From Hyphomicrobiales bacterium (GTDB taxonomy: Bacteria; Pseudomonadota; Alphaproteobacteria; Rhizobiales; Xanthobacteraceae): a DNA stretch of 64,000 bases. The position numbers and the translations under genes are program-made. Position 1 is the stretch's first letter; every line of letters starts with the position of its first letter. Shown piece by piece: positions 38,691 to 48,228 of this stretch. The stretch spans positions 23,782 to 87,781 of the forward strand of contig JADJPN010000006.1 of NCBI GenBank assembly GCA_016713235.1, read 5' to 3'. A model generated the notes under the pieces. The model was not told where the DNA came from, ran no database searches, and saw only the letters and a program-made list of their open reading frames with translations.

Positions 38691-40343
38691 TTGAACGGGA
38701 TTGTCGAGTTCGTCCGGACTTTGGGCGCAGCGCGGCTTGCCGCAATGGGCGCCGTGGCCGCAGCCCTCATTTTCTTCTTTGTTTTCATTGTTGCCCGGGT
38801 CTCGGCGCCTGCCATGGCGCCGCTCTTCACGGAAATGACGCTCGACGACTCCTCGCGCATCGTCCGCGAACTCGAAACCCAGGGCATCCCGTACGAAATC
38901 AAGAACGACGGCGCGACCATCCTGATTCCCAAGGACAAGGTCGCCCGCACCCGCATGCGCCTTGCCGAAACCGGCCTGCCGCGCGGCGGCAATGTCGGCT
39001 ACGAAATCTTCGACCGCACCGATACGCTCGGCACCACCTCATTCGTGCAGAACGTCAATCACGTCCGTGCGCTGGAAGGCGAACTCGCCCGCACCATCCG
39101 CTCGATCGACCGCATCGCCGCGGCCCGCGTGCACCTCGTTATTCCTGAGCGCCAATTGTTCACGCGCGACCGGCAGGAGCCTTCGGCTTCCATCGTGCTG
39201 CAAGTTCGCGGCTCGCTGGAAATGTCGCAAGTCCGTGCCGTCCGCCATCTCGTCGCGAGCGCCGTGCGCGGCCTCAAGACCGAGCGCATTTCCATCGTCG
39301 ATGAACGCGGTCAGTTGCTCGCCGACGGCTCCGGCGACACGACGAGCGGCGTTTCCGGCATGGACGAGCGCAATGCCGCATACGAGCGCAAACTGAGAGA
39401 ACAGATCGACGCGATCGTGACGAGCGTGGTCGGCGCGAACCGCGCCCGCGTCACCGTTTCCGCGGAACTCGACTATTCGCGGATCCAGCAGACGCAGGAC
39501 ATGTTCGATCCGGAGCAGCGCGTCGTGCGCTCGACCCAGACCCGCGAAGAGCAATCGGCCACCGGAGGCACCCAGAACAACGACGGCGTGACCGTCGCCA
39601 ACGATATCCCCGGCAACAACCAGCCGCGCAACCAGCAGCAAAACCCGCAGCCGCGCGATAACGCGCGCAAGACCGAAGAAGTCGTGAACTACGAGATCAC
39701 CCGCACGACCCGCACCGAAACGCTGGAACCGGGCCGCGTGAAGCGCGTCTCGGTCGCGGTGCTGGTGGACGGCGTTTACACCAAGGGCACGAACAACGAG
39801 GTCAGCTACCAGCCGCGCTCGAAGGAAGATCTGGAGCGCATCACGGCGCTGGTGCGCTCGGCCATCGGCTTCAACGAAAAGCGCGGTGACATGATCGAAG
39901 TCGTGAACCTGCGCTTCGCAGAACCGACCGTCATTCCGCAGACCGCGGGCGACACCGGCTTTCTGTCGCTCCTGCGCTTCACCACCGACGACATCATGCG
40001 CTCGGTCGAGATCGGCGTGATGCTGATTCTCGGCCTGCTGGTACTGCTCTTCGTGGTGCGGCCGCTGGTCCGCCGCGTGATCACGCCCGAGCAGAACAAC
40101 GCGATCGCCGCAACGGTCGCGGCGCCTGCTATCGCCCCGCCCGTGCCTTCACCTCCGATCGCGGACGTGCCGCAAGCGCCGATTGCCCGCTCCAACCATC
40201 CCGCCGCGCTTCTCATCGAATCCGCGCAGATCATGGGCGAAGCACACCAGAAATCGATGCAGAAGGTCGGTGAGCTCGTGCAGGGCAACCCGCAGGAAAC
40301 CGTCTCCGTTCTCCGCCAGTGGATGAACGAGCGGTCAGCGTGA
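38691..40343 (+). CDS. fliF: flagellar M-ring protein FliF
   Basis: TTG start after GGGGAGAGG. 550 aa with an N-terminal TM, YscJ/FliF family blocks and a C-terminal TM. Confidence 0.93.
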   Translation: MNGIVEFVRTLGAARLAAMGAVAAALIFFFVFIVARVSAPAMAPLFTEMTLDDSSRIVRELETQGIPYEIKNDGATILIPKDKVARTRMRLAETGLPRGGNVGYEIFDRTDTLGTTSFVQNVNHVRALEGELARTIRSIDRIAAARVHLVIPERQLFTRDRQEPSASIVLQVRGSLEMSQVRAVRHLVASAVRGLKTERISIVDERGQLLADGSGDTTSGVSGMDERNAAYERKLREQIDAIVTSVVGANRARVTVSAELDYSRIQQTQDMFDPEQRVVRSTQTREEQSATGGTQNNDGVTVANDIPGNNQPRNQQQNPQPRDNARKTEEVVNYEITRTTRTETLEPGRVKRVSVAVLVDGVYTKGTNNEVSYQPRSKEDLERITALVRSAIGFNEKRGDMIEVVNLRFAEPTVIPQTAGDTGFLSLLRFTTDDIMRSVEIGVMLILGLLVLLFVVRPLVRRVITPEQNNAIAATVAAPAIAPPVPSPPIADVPQAPIARSNHPAALLIESAQIMGEAHQKSMQKVGELVQGNPQETVSVLRQWMNERSA

Positions 40344-40351
40344 GTGAGAGA

Positions 40352-41409
40352 ATGAACGCGACCCCAGCCATCGCCGCCAAGCAGAAAGCGCCGCCGCCGT
40401 CGCATAACGGACGGCCGCTGACCGGCGTCGAGCGCGCGGGGATTCTCCTGCTTTCGCTCGGGGAAGAGCACGGCCAGGAAGTCTGGAAGATGCTCGACGA
40501 AGACGAGGTGCGCGAGCTTTCCATCGCCATGTCGAAACTCGGCGTGATCGATTCCAATGTCGTCGACACGCTGCTGGTGGACTTCGTCGGCCAGATCTCG
40601 GGCAACGGCGCCTGCTGGGCAACACGTCCGCGACCGAACGGCTGCTGTCGCAGTTTCTTCCAAGCGATCGCGTCAACTCGATCATGGAAGAGATCCGCGG
40701 CCCCGCCGGCCGCAACATGTGGGAGAAGCTTTCCAATGTGCAGGAAGGCATTCTCGCCAACTTCCTGAAGAACGAATATCCGCAGACCATCGCGGTGGTG
40801 CTTTCGAAAATCCGCTCCGAGCAGTCCGCGCGCGTGCTCTCCGTACTGCCCGAACCGCTTGCCCTCGATGTCATCGACCGCCTCATCAAGATGGAATCGG
40901 TACAGAAAGATGTGATCGAGCGCGTCGAGCAGACGCTGCGCTCCGAATTCATGTCGACGCTCTCGCAGACCTCGAAGCGCGATCCTTACGCGCCGATCGC
41001 GGAAATCTTCAACTTTTTCGACCGACAGACCGAAACGCGCTTCTTCTCCGCGATGGAAGCTTCCCAAAGAGAGTCCGCCGAACGCATCAAGACGCTGATG
41101 TTCACCTTCGACGATCTGGTGAAGCTCGATACCGGCGCAATCCAGACGGTCCTCCGCAAGGTCGATAAGGGCAAACTCACGATCGCGCTCAAGGGCGCGA
41201 CCGAAACCGTGCGCGAATATTTCCTGAAGAATATGTCGCAGCGCGCGGCGAAAATGATGATGGATGACCTCCAGAACATGGGGCCGGTCCGGCTGCGCGA
41301 AGTGGACGAAGCGCAGACGCTGATGATCACGACCGCGAAAGACCTCGCCGACAAGGGCGAGATCGTGATCGTCAAAGGCAGCAACACCCAGGACGAGTTG
41401 GTATATTAA
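40352..41409 (+). pseudogene. fliG: flagellar motor switch protein FliG, frame interrupted near 40610 (frameshift or assembly indel)
   Basis: The N-terminal ORF (from ATG 40352) reads ...LLVDFVGQISGNG and then nonsense. Frame -1 continues LLGNTSATERLLSQFLPSDRVNSIMEEIRGPAGRNMWEKL... through to the normal FliG C-terminus (MFTFDDL..., ends 41409). Confidence 0.8.
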
Positions 41410-42047
41410 TGGCGGCCACCAGCACAAAATCTCCCGCCAAATATCTCTTCGACCTCGAGTTCGGCGCGGGCGGCCGCTTCGGCGACCTGTCCGGCAATGC
41501 GCGCGCGGCAATCGCGGAAGCGGAGAAAACCTCGTTCCGCAAAGGCTTCGAAACCGCGAAGAAGGAAGGCGAGCAGAAGTCCGCGACACAGCTCGAGCGC
41601 ATCGCAACCGAGATGCATCTCGTGGTCGGCCGCATGGCTGCGATCGAAACCCGGCTGGAACGTGAAGCGATTGACGTCGCCGCCGCGATCGCGCGCCAGC
41701 TTGCGCCCGCATTGATTGCGCGTCAGCCGATGGCCGAAATCGAGGCGCTTGTGCTCGACGTGCTCTCGCATGTCCGCGCGGCACCCCATGTCGCCGTGCG
41801 TATTTCGCCCGAAATGGCGGAAAGCGCGGGCGCGCGTCTCAAGAAAATTGCCGACGAGCGCGGCTTCGCGAGCCGTCTCGTAGTTCTTCCGGATCCTGCG
41901 ATCCAAGGCGGCAACTGCCTGATCGAATGGGCGGATGGCGGCGTTGCGCGCGACGCGACCGCGATCAGCGCCCGCATTGAGCAGGCAATTCAGAATTACC
42001 TCGGCGCGCCCGATAGCGCGTCCACCGTTCCGGAGAGCAAGTCATGA
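41409..42047 (+). CDS. fliH: flagellar assembly protein FliH (FlbE-like)
   Basis: 212 aa at the position between fliG and fliN. The coiled N-terminal part and the C-terminal block CLIEWADGGVARD are typical of alphaproteobacterial FliH. The start overlaps the fliG stop (TAATG). Confidence 0.7.
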   Translation: MAATSTKSPAKYLFDLEFGAGGRFGDLSGNARAAIAEAEKTSFRKGFETAKKEGEQKSATQLERIATEMHLVVGRMAAIETRLEREAIDVAAAIARQLAPALIARQPMAEIEALVLDVLSHVRAAPHVAVRISPEMAESAGARLKKIADERGFASRLVVLPDPAIQGGNCLIEWADGGVARDATAISARIEQAIQNYLGAPDSASTVPESKS

Positions 42048-42394
42048 GCGACGAAAACAAACCGCCGCTGCCCAATCTTGAGGCCGATGTCAGCGCCATC
42101 AATGCGGCACCACCGACTGCGCCCGATACCGACCATGCGACCAAGAGCGCGGGCGACCTCGAAGCGCTGTTCGACGTGCCGGTGCATGTCTCCGCAGTGC
42201 TCGGCCGCACCCGTATGGATGTCGGCGATCTTCTGAAGCTCGCGCCGGGCACCATGCTGGAGCTCGACCGCAAGGTCGGTGAAGCCATCGATATTTTCGT
42301 GAACAACCGCCTGGTCGCGCGCGGTGAAGTCGTGCTGGTGGAAGACCGGCTCGGCGTGACCATGACGGAAATCATCAAAGCCGAGCGCAACTAA
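42044..42394 (+). CDS. fliN: flagellar motor switch protein FliN
   Basis: 116 aa with the SpoA/FliN domain VSAVLGRTRMDVGDLLKLAPGTMLELDRKVGEAIDIFVNNRLVARGEVV. Confidence 0.9.
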   Translation: MSDENKPPLPNLEADVSAINAAPPTAPDTDHATKSAGDLEALFDVPVHVSAVLGRTRMDVGDLLKLAPGTMLELDRKVGEAIDIFVNNRLVARGEVVLVEDRLGVTMTEIIKAERN

Positions 42395-42415
42395 GGCCGG
42401 CGGACGGAGCGAACC

Positions 42416-43774
42416 ATGCGCCTACTCATCATCGGCACCCTCAAGGGCCAGCTTTCGACGGCGACCAAGATCGCGGTCGATCGCGGTGCGAGCGTGACCC
42501 ACGCGGTCGACAACGAACAGGGCTTAAGAGTGCTGCGCGCCCGCGGCGCCGATCTCATCATGGCCGATGTCACGCTCGACATCCGGGACCTGGTCAAGAA
42601 GATCGCAAACGAGCGGATGCACGCTCCGGTCATTGCCTGCGGCGTCGAAACCGACGCGCGCGCGGCCGTGGACGCAATTCATGCCGGCGCAAAGGAATAC
42701 ATCCCGCTGCCGCCGGACCCGGAACTGATCGCCGCCGTGCTTGCCGCGGTTGCCGACGACGGCCGCGATTTCGTCTTCCGCGACGAAGCCATGGCGCGGG
42801 TCGTGCGTCTCGCAGCGCAGGTCGCAACTTCCGAAGCCTCGATCCTCATCACCGGCGAAAGCGGCACCGGCAAGGAAATGCTCGCGCGTTTCGTGCATGT
42901 GAAGAGCCCGCGCGCGAACAAGGTTTTCGTCTCCGTGAACTGCGCCGCGATCCCGGAGAACCTTCTGGAGTCGGAACTCTTCGGCCACGAAAAGGGTGCC
43001 TTCACCGGCGCCATCGCGCGCCGTATCGGCAAATTCGAAGAAGCGACCGGCGGCACGCTGCTGCTCGACGAAATCTCCGAGATGGACGTGCGGCTGCAGT
43101 CCAAGCTGCTGCGCGCCATCCAGGAGCGCGTGATCGATCGCGTCGGCGGCAATCGCCCTGTGCCCGTGGATATCCGCATCATCGCGACCTCGAACCGCAA
43201 TCTCGGCGAGGAGGTCCGTGCCGGACGTTTCCGGGAGGATTTGCTCTACCGGCTCAATGTCGTGAACCTCCAAATTCCGCCGCTGCGCGAACGCCCGCAG
43301 GACGTGCTCGAACTCGCCGATCACTTCATCCGCCATTATTCGGATGTGAACGGCGTCGCCGCAAAACAGCTCTCGCAGGACGCCAAGCGCGAACTCTTAC
43401 GCAACCGCTGGCCCGGCAACGTCCGCGAAATGGAAAACACGCTGCACCGCGCAGTGCTGCTCGCGACCGGCGACGACATCGGGATCGATGCGATCCGGCT
43501 CCCCGACGGCACTTCGCTCGCGAACGTTCCGAGCGGCCCTGTCGCGCACGCGCAGCAGGTTTCCGATCAGCTTGCCGCTTCGCTGGTCGGCCGCACGGTC
43601 GCCGATGTCGAGCGTGACCTCATCCTCGAAACCCTCAAACACTGTCTCGGTAACCGCACCCACGCCGCGAACGTGCTCGGCATCTCGATCCGCACGCTTC
43701 GCAACAAACTCAACGAATATTCGGCGGAAGGGATCGCAATCCCGGCGCCCGCCTCCGGCATCGCCGCCGCATAG
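42416..43774 (+). CDS. flbD: sigma-54-dependent flagellar transcriptional regulator FlbD
   Basis: REC-like N-terminus, an AAA+ domain (GESGTGKE, GAFTGA) and a C-terminal Fis-type HTH. It is the last gene of a fliF operon, as in Caulobacter. Confidence 0.88.
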   Translation: MRLLIIGTLKGQLSTATKIAVDRGASVTHAVDNEQGLRVLRARGADLIMADVTLDIRDLVKKIANERMHAPVIACGVETDARAAVDAIHAGAKEYIPLPPDPELIAAVLAAVADDGRDFVFRDEAMARVVRLAAQVATSEASILITGESGTGKEMLARFVHVKSPRANKVFVSVNCAAIPENLLESELFGHEKGAFTGAIARRIGKFEEATGGTLLLDEISEMDVRLQSKLLRAIQERVIDRVGGNRPVPVDIRIIATSNRNLGEEVRAGRFREDLLYRLNVVNLQIPPLRERPQDVLELADHFIRHYSDVNGVAAKQLSQDAKRELLRNRWPGNVREMENTLHRAVLLATGDDIGIDAIRLPDGTSLANVPSGPVAHAQQVSDQLAASLVGRTVADVERDLILETLKHCLGNRTHAANVLGISIRTLRNKLNEYSAEGIAIPAPASGIAAA

Positions 43775-43802
43775 ATTTCCAGACGACCCCCAAGCCCAAC
43801 GG

Positions 43803-43832
43803 AAAAAGGCCGGACAGAAGTCCGGCCTTTTT
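43803..43832 (+). terminator. intrinsic terminator after flbD
   Basis: Stem AGGCCGGAC-AGAA-GTCCGGCCT (43807-43828) followed by TTTTT. Confidence 0.75.
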
Positions 43833-43931
43833 CCATTAGCGATTCCTTAACCCGCATTAACCCTTCGCTAACCATAAGGGAGGCAAAAATTGCCGGGGGA
43901 GCGCGCCCGGTCAGTGGCGCGAGGAATCGAT

Positions 43932-46046
43932 ATGTCCGACTCGGCCGCCGGCGGCGTCAGCTACAAGCTCACAATGCCCACCATGGGCGAAATCGGCACC
44001 ATGCTGCGCCGTGGCGATCTCATGCTCGCCATCGCCGTCCTCGGCATTCTGGTCATTCTGATCATGCCGCTGCCGCCAATGGCGCTCGACCTGCTCCTGG
44101 CGCTCTCGATCATCCTCTCGGTGCTGGTTCTGATGACAGCCCTCTTCATTCAGGGGCCGCTGGAATTCTCCGCTTTTCCGACCGTGCTCCTGATCGCGAC
44201 CATGTTCCGGTTAGCCCTGAACCTCGCCTCGACGCGATTGATTCTCACGCACGGCCATCAGGGCACCGCGTCCGCCGGTCATGTCATCGAAGCCTTCGGC
44301 AACTTCGTGATGGCCGGCAATTTCGTGATCGGCATCATCGTGTTCGCGATCCTCGTCATCGTGAACTTCGTCGTCATCACCAAGGGCTCGGGCCGCATCG
44401 CGGAAGTCGCCGCGCGCTTCACCCTGGACGCCATGCCCGGCAAGCAGATGGCGATCGACGCCGATCTCTCGGCGGGCTTGATCGACGAAGACACCGCGCG
44501 CAAGCGCCGCAAGGATCTCGAGGACGAAAGCTCCTTCTACGGCGCGATGGACGGTGCCTCGAAGTTCGTGCGCGGCGACGCGATCGCCGGCCTCTTGATC
44601 GTCTTCATCAATATCATCGGCGGCATCATCATCGGCATGGCGCAGCAGGGCCTCACCTTCGGGAAAGCAGGCCAAGTCTACACGCTGCTGACCGTCGGCG
44701 ACGGTCTCGTCACGCAAATTCCCGCGCTGGTCGTCTCGACCGCCGCCGGCCTGCTCGTCTCCAAAGCAGGCGTCTCCGGCGCAGCCGACAAGGCGCTGAT
44801 GAAGCAGCTCTCGAATTATCCGAAGGCGCTCGGCATGTCGTCGGGCGTGATGATCTTGCTTTCGCTCCTGCCCGGCGTGCCAATGCTGCCGTTCCTCGCG
44901 CTCGGCGCCGGCGCCGGCGCACTCGCTTTTGTCTCGACACGAAAGAACAAGGCAGAGGCCGCGGCGGCCGCGCAGAAAACCGCTTCGAAAGAACCGAGTC
45001 TGCCGCAGGAAGAGCCGATCTCGAATGCGCTGAAAATCGACGATCTCAAGATCGAAATCGGCTACGCGCTCCTGCCGCTCGTGAACTCGCCGGACGGCAC
45101 CGATCGCCTAACCGAACAGATCAAGGCGCTGCGCCGCCAGATCGCGAGCGAAATGGGCTTCGTCATGCCGTCGGTGCGCATCCTCGACAACGTGCAGATG
45201 GAATCCAACGCCTACACGATCAAGCTGAAAGAAGTGGATGCCGGTTCCGGCAAGGTGCATCCCGGCAGCCACATGGTCATGGATCCGGGCGGCGGTCAGG
45301 TGAATCTCGCCGGCCACCACACCACCGAGCCGACCTTCGGTCTGCCCGCGACCTGGGTCGACGCGAGCTTGCGCGAGGAAGCGAGCCTGCGCGGCTATAC
45401 CGTCGTCGACGCCGCGACGGTCATGTCGACGCATCTTGCCGAAGTGCTCAAGGCCAACATGTCGGACCTGCTCTCCTACGCGGAGGTGCAGAAGCTTTTG
45501 AAAGAGCTGCCGAAGGAACAGGGTGAACTGCTCAAGGATATCGTGCCGAGCCAGATTTCGGCCTCCGGTATCCAGCGTGTGTTGCAACTCCTGCTCGCCG
45601 AGCGCATCTCGATCCGCGACCTCGGCACCATCCTGGAAGGCATCGCCGAAGCCGTGCCGACGACGCGCAACGCCTCGCAGATCGTCGAGCAGGTGCGCGT
45701 GCGGCTTGCCCGCCAGCTCTGCGCACAGCACACCTCGCAAAACGGCTATCTCCCGCTCATCTCGCTTTCCCCAAAATGGGAACAGAACTTCGCGGAATCG
45801 ATCGTCGGCACCGGCGACGACAAGTCGCTCGCAATGCAGCCTTCGAAGCTTTCGGAATTCGTCACCGACGTGCGCGAGCGCTTCGAACAGGCCGCGCGCA
45901 TGAACGAAGCGCCGGTATTGCTCTCGAGCGCCGCAGCGCGTCCTTTCGTGCGCCAGATCGTGGACCGCTTCCGTCCGCAAACGGCCGTCATGTCGCAAGC
46001 CGAGATTCACCCGCGCGTGCGGCTGAAAACGGTGGGCAGCGTCTGA
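43932..46046 (+). CDS. flhA: flagellar biosynthesis protein FlhA
   Basis: ATG 43932 lies 6 nt after GAGGA. 704 aa with FHIPEP family blocks (FPTVLLIATMFRLALN, AMPGKQMAIDADL). Confidence 0.95.
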   Translation: MSDSAAGGVSYKLTMPTMGEIGTMLRRGDLMLAIAVLGILVILIMPLPPMALDLLLALSIILSVLVLMTALFIQGPLEFSAFPTVLLIATMFRLALNLASTRLILTHGHQGTASAGHVIEAFGNFVMAGNFVIGIIVFAILVIVNFVVITKGSGRIAEVAARFTLDAMPGKQMAIDADLSAGLIDEDTARKRRKDLEDESSFYGAMDGASKFVRGDAIAGLLIVFINIIGGIIIGMAQQGLTFGKAGQVYTLLTVGDGLVTQIPALVVSTAAGLLVSKAGVSGAADKALMKQLSNYPKALGMSSGVMILLSLLPGVPMLPFLALGAGAGALAFVSTRKNKAEAAAAAQKTASKEPSLPQEEPISNALKIDDLKIEIGYALLPLVNSPDGTDRLTEQIKALRRQIASEMGFVMPSVRILDNVQMESNAYTIKLKEVDAGSGKVHPGSHMVMDPGGGQVNLAGHHTTEPTFGLPATWVDASLREEASLRGYTVVDAATVMSTHLAEVLKANMSDLLSYAEVQKLLKELPKEQGELLKDIVPSQISASGIQRVLQLLLAERISIRDLGTILEGIAEAVPTTRNASQIVEQVRVRLARQLCAQHTSQNGYLPLISLSPKWEQNFAESIVGTGDDKSLAMQPSKLSEFVTDVRERFEQAARMNEAPVLLSSAAARPFVRQIVDRFRPQTAVMSQAEIHPRVRLKTVGSV

Positions 46047-46063
46047 CCATCAAAACAGAAAGC

Positions 46064-46086
46064 GGCCGCCGTGTAATGCGGCGGCC
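46064..46086. terminator. hairpin between the convergent flhA and fliJ genes
   Basis: GGCCGCCG-TGTAATG-CGGCGGCC. The downstream T tract (ACTCTATTTCT) is weak. Confidence 0.45.
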
Positions 46087-46110
46087 ACTCTATTTCTAGG
46101 GATCGGAAAC

Positions 46111-46518
46111 TCAGACGCGAATGCGCTGGGCACCGATGCGGTCGAGTTCGGACTGTTCGCGCGCGGCTTCGACGCCACGGCCGCGAACGGCATCGCGCTC
46201 TTCAAGAATCTCGACCTTCTTCAGCTCCTCGAACGCGTCGGCAAGCTGCCCGCGCGCGTCCTCCAGCTGACCGTGCAATTCCGCAGCAGACCGCTTCAGA
46301 TTATCGCGGCGCTGGATCGCAGACTTGGCATAGGTCGGATAAGCGAAGTGGCCCGGATCGGAAATACCGGCTCGGTCCTGCTCGACCGAGATTTCACGCT
46401 CTAGATCGTTGGCCATGCGCTCGAATTCGGCGACCATCGCCTCGATCTGGGCGACCTGTCGACGCTTTTCGTCTACCTGAAAGCGCTTCAGGCGAATGAG
46501 GGTTTCACGCGATTTCAT
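46111..46518 (-). CDS. fliJ: flagellar export protein FliJ
   Basis: 135 aa, coiled-coil, N-terminus MKSRETLIRLKRFQVDEKRR. It lies immediately downstream of fliI. Confidence 0.75.
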   Translation of the reverse strand: MKSRETLIRLKRFQVDEKRRQVAQIEAMVAEFERMANDLEREISVEQDRAGISDPGHFAYPTYAKSAIQRRDNLKRSAAELHGQLEDARGQLADAFEELKKVEILEERDAVRGRGVEAAREQSELDRIGAQRIRV

Positions 46519-46542
46519 CCCGGCGATACTCCACGCGACCGG

Positions 46543-47868
46543 TTAGGACTCAGTTACTGGACTAGCGAAAATTTGAGCTAGTGCGCGATAACCATCGCTG
46601 AGATTCGTTTTTTCTTCCTTACCTTGCGAAAGAAAAGCCTCCAAGGCCGGTTGCAGCCGGATCGCTTCGTCGACCTCGGGCGACGACCCCTGCCGGTAGG
46701 CCCCGAGCCGGATCAGCTCCTCCATATCGCCATAGGTGGCAAGCACCTGCTTGGCTTTCACCACCGCGGGATAGAACTCCGGGTCGGAGGATTTCGGCAT
46801 GGTCCGCGAAACCGACTTCAAGACGTTAATCGCCGGGTAACGGCCGCGTTCCGCGATCGCGCGCTCCATGACGATGTGCCCGTCGAGAATGCCGCGCACG
46901 GCATCGGCCACCGGCTCGTTGTGATCGTCGCCATCGACCAGCACCGTGAAGAGCCCGGTGATCGTGCCTTGGTCCGGGCCGGGACCTGCGCGCTCGAGCA
47001 GCCTCGGCAGTTCGGAGAACACGGTCGGCGTGTAACCCTTCGCGGTCGGCGGCTCGCCACCGGCCAGACCGATTTCGCGCTGGGCCATGGCAAAGCGCGT
47101 GACCGAGTCCATCAGCAGCAAGACATCCTTGCCCTCGTCGCGGAAATATTCGGCGATCGACATGGAAAGCAGCGCCGCCTGACGGCGCATGAGCGCTGGC
47201 TCGTCCGAGGTCGCGACCACCACGACCGAGCGCGCGAGACCCGTTTCACCAAGGTCGTCCTGCAAAAACTCCTGCACCTCGCGGCCACGCTCGCCCACGA
47301 GGCCGATTACGGCGACATCGCAGGCGGTGTAGCGAGCGAGCATGGAAAGCAGCACTGATTTGCCGACGCCGGAGCCCGCAAAAATGCCGAGGCGCTGGCC
47401 CTTGCAGGTGGTAGCAAACGTATTGAGCGCCCGCACGCCGAGGTCGAGCGGCGCGCCGACTCTCTTGCGCGTATGCGCGGCCGGCGGCGGCGCGCGGAAA
47501 GGATACGGCGAATGGCCCGGCTTGATCGGGCCTTTGCCGTCTACCGGCTGCCCATGGGCATTTACGACCCGGCCGAGCCAGGCATTCGAGGGCCGCACCA
47601 CCGCGCCTGCCTGCGAGACGATGGCGCGGCAGCCGCGCCGCACGCCTTCGATTGCTGCAAACGGCATGACGACCGCATTTTCTCCTGCGAAGCCGACGAC
47701 CTCGCAGGGAACCCCACCGTTAATGCCTGTTTCTATCGTTAAACGCGCGCCCACCGGCATCGCATGAACCGGCCCGGCCACCTCGATCATGAGGCCGCGA
47801 ACGCCCGCAACACGCCCATAAATCAGGGTCCCGTCGAGTTCCGCGATCTGCTCTGCGAGTGCCTTCAT
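46543..47868 (-). CDS. fliI: flagellum-specific ATPase FliI
   Basis: 441 aa with Walker A GSGVGKS and Walker [10 protein letters not shown]. Confidence 0.95.
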   Translation of the reverse strand: MKALAEQIAELDGTLIYGRVAGVRGLMIEVAGPVHAMPVGARLTIETGINGGVPCEVVGFAGENAVVMPFAAIEGVRRGCRAIVSQAGAVVRPSNAWLGRVVNAHGQPVDGKGPIKPGHSPYPFRAPPPAAHTRKRVGAPLDLGVRALNTFATTCKGQRLGIFAGSGVGKSVLLSMLARYTACDVAVIGLVGERGREVQEFLQDDLGETGLARSVVVVATSDEPALMRRQAALLSMSIAEYFRDEGKDVLLLMDSVTRFAMAQREIGLAGGEPPTAKGYTPTVFSELPRLLERAGPGPDQGTITGLFTVLVDGDDHNEPVADAVRGILDGHIVMERAIAERGRYPAINVLKSVSRTMPKSSDPEFYPAVVKAKQVLATYGDMEELIRLGAYRQGSSPEVDEAIRLQPALEAFLSQGKEEKTNLSDGYRALAQIFASPVTES

Positions 47869-48016
47869 GGAGAATCACCGCTTAACGGGCCAAGTCCTTC
47901 TTTACCCTATCTTTACCGGCTTCGTTAATGATCAGGTCATGCCTTGGATCGAAGGGCACGCAGGACGCGGGCTTAATTCAAGGGAGTTGCTTGGTCTGGC
48001 TTCTTGAAGTCGTACT

Positions 48017-48155
48017 TTAACCAGCCGGCCTGAGGAAAATTCCGAACTGCCAATAACTTACGGCGATTCGCGAATATTTTCACGGGCCACGCTTGTGGGA
48101 CAGAATCAGAATCTGTTAACCATTGCTGGTTAGCGTCGCGTCTAGAGAATGAGTC
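48017..48155 (+). promoter_or_regulatory. ctrA upstream control region: CtrA 8-mer boxes plus clustered GANTC (CcrM) sites
   Basis: TTAACCAG at 48017-48024 and an exact TTAACCAT at 48116-48123. GANTC sites at 48065, 48103, 48109 and 48151. Confidence 0.5.
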
Positions 48156-48228
48156 AGTCCAAACACGCAGGCGGGGCGGGTCTGGAGTGAGATTTGTCCC
48201 CCATAGAGGCCTTGGATAGGGGATTGGC

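Noticed and set aside
40231-41784. 517-aa minus-strand ORF opposite fliG/fliH
   Set aside because: It is antisense to the flagellar genes, with Arg-rich low-complexity content.
43847-43860. Full CtrA box TTAA-N7-TTAA upstream of flhA
   Set aside because: The two TTAA cores are separated by N6, not N7. It is kept only as a phased-repeat observation and is not called as a canonical CtrA site.
43881-43895. Sigma-54-like GGCA...TTGC upstream of flhA
   Set aside because: The GG-to-GC spacing is 10 nt instead of the required 12, so it is not a functional -24/-12 arrangement.
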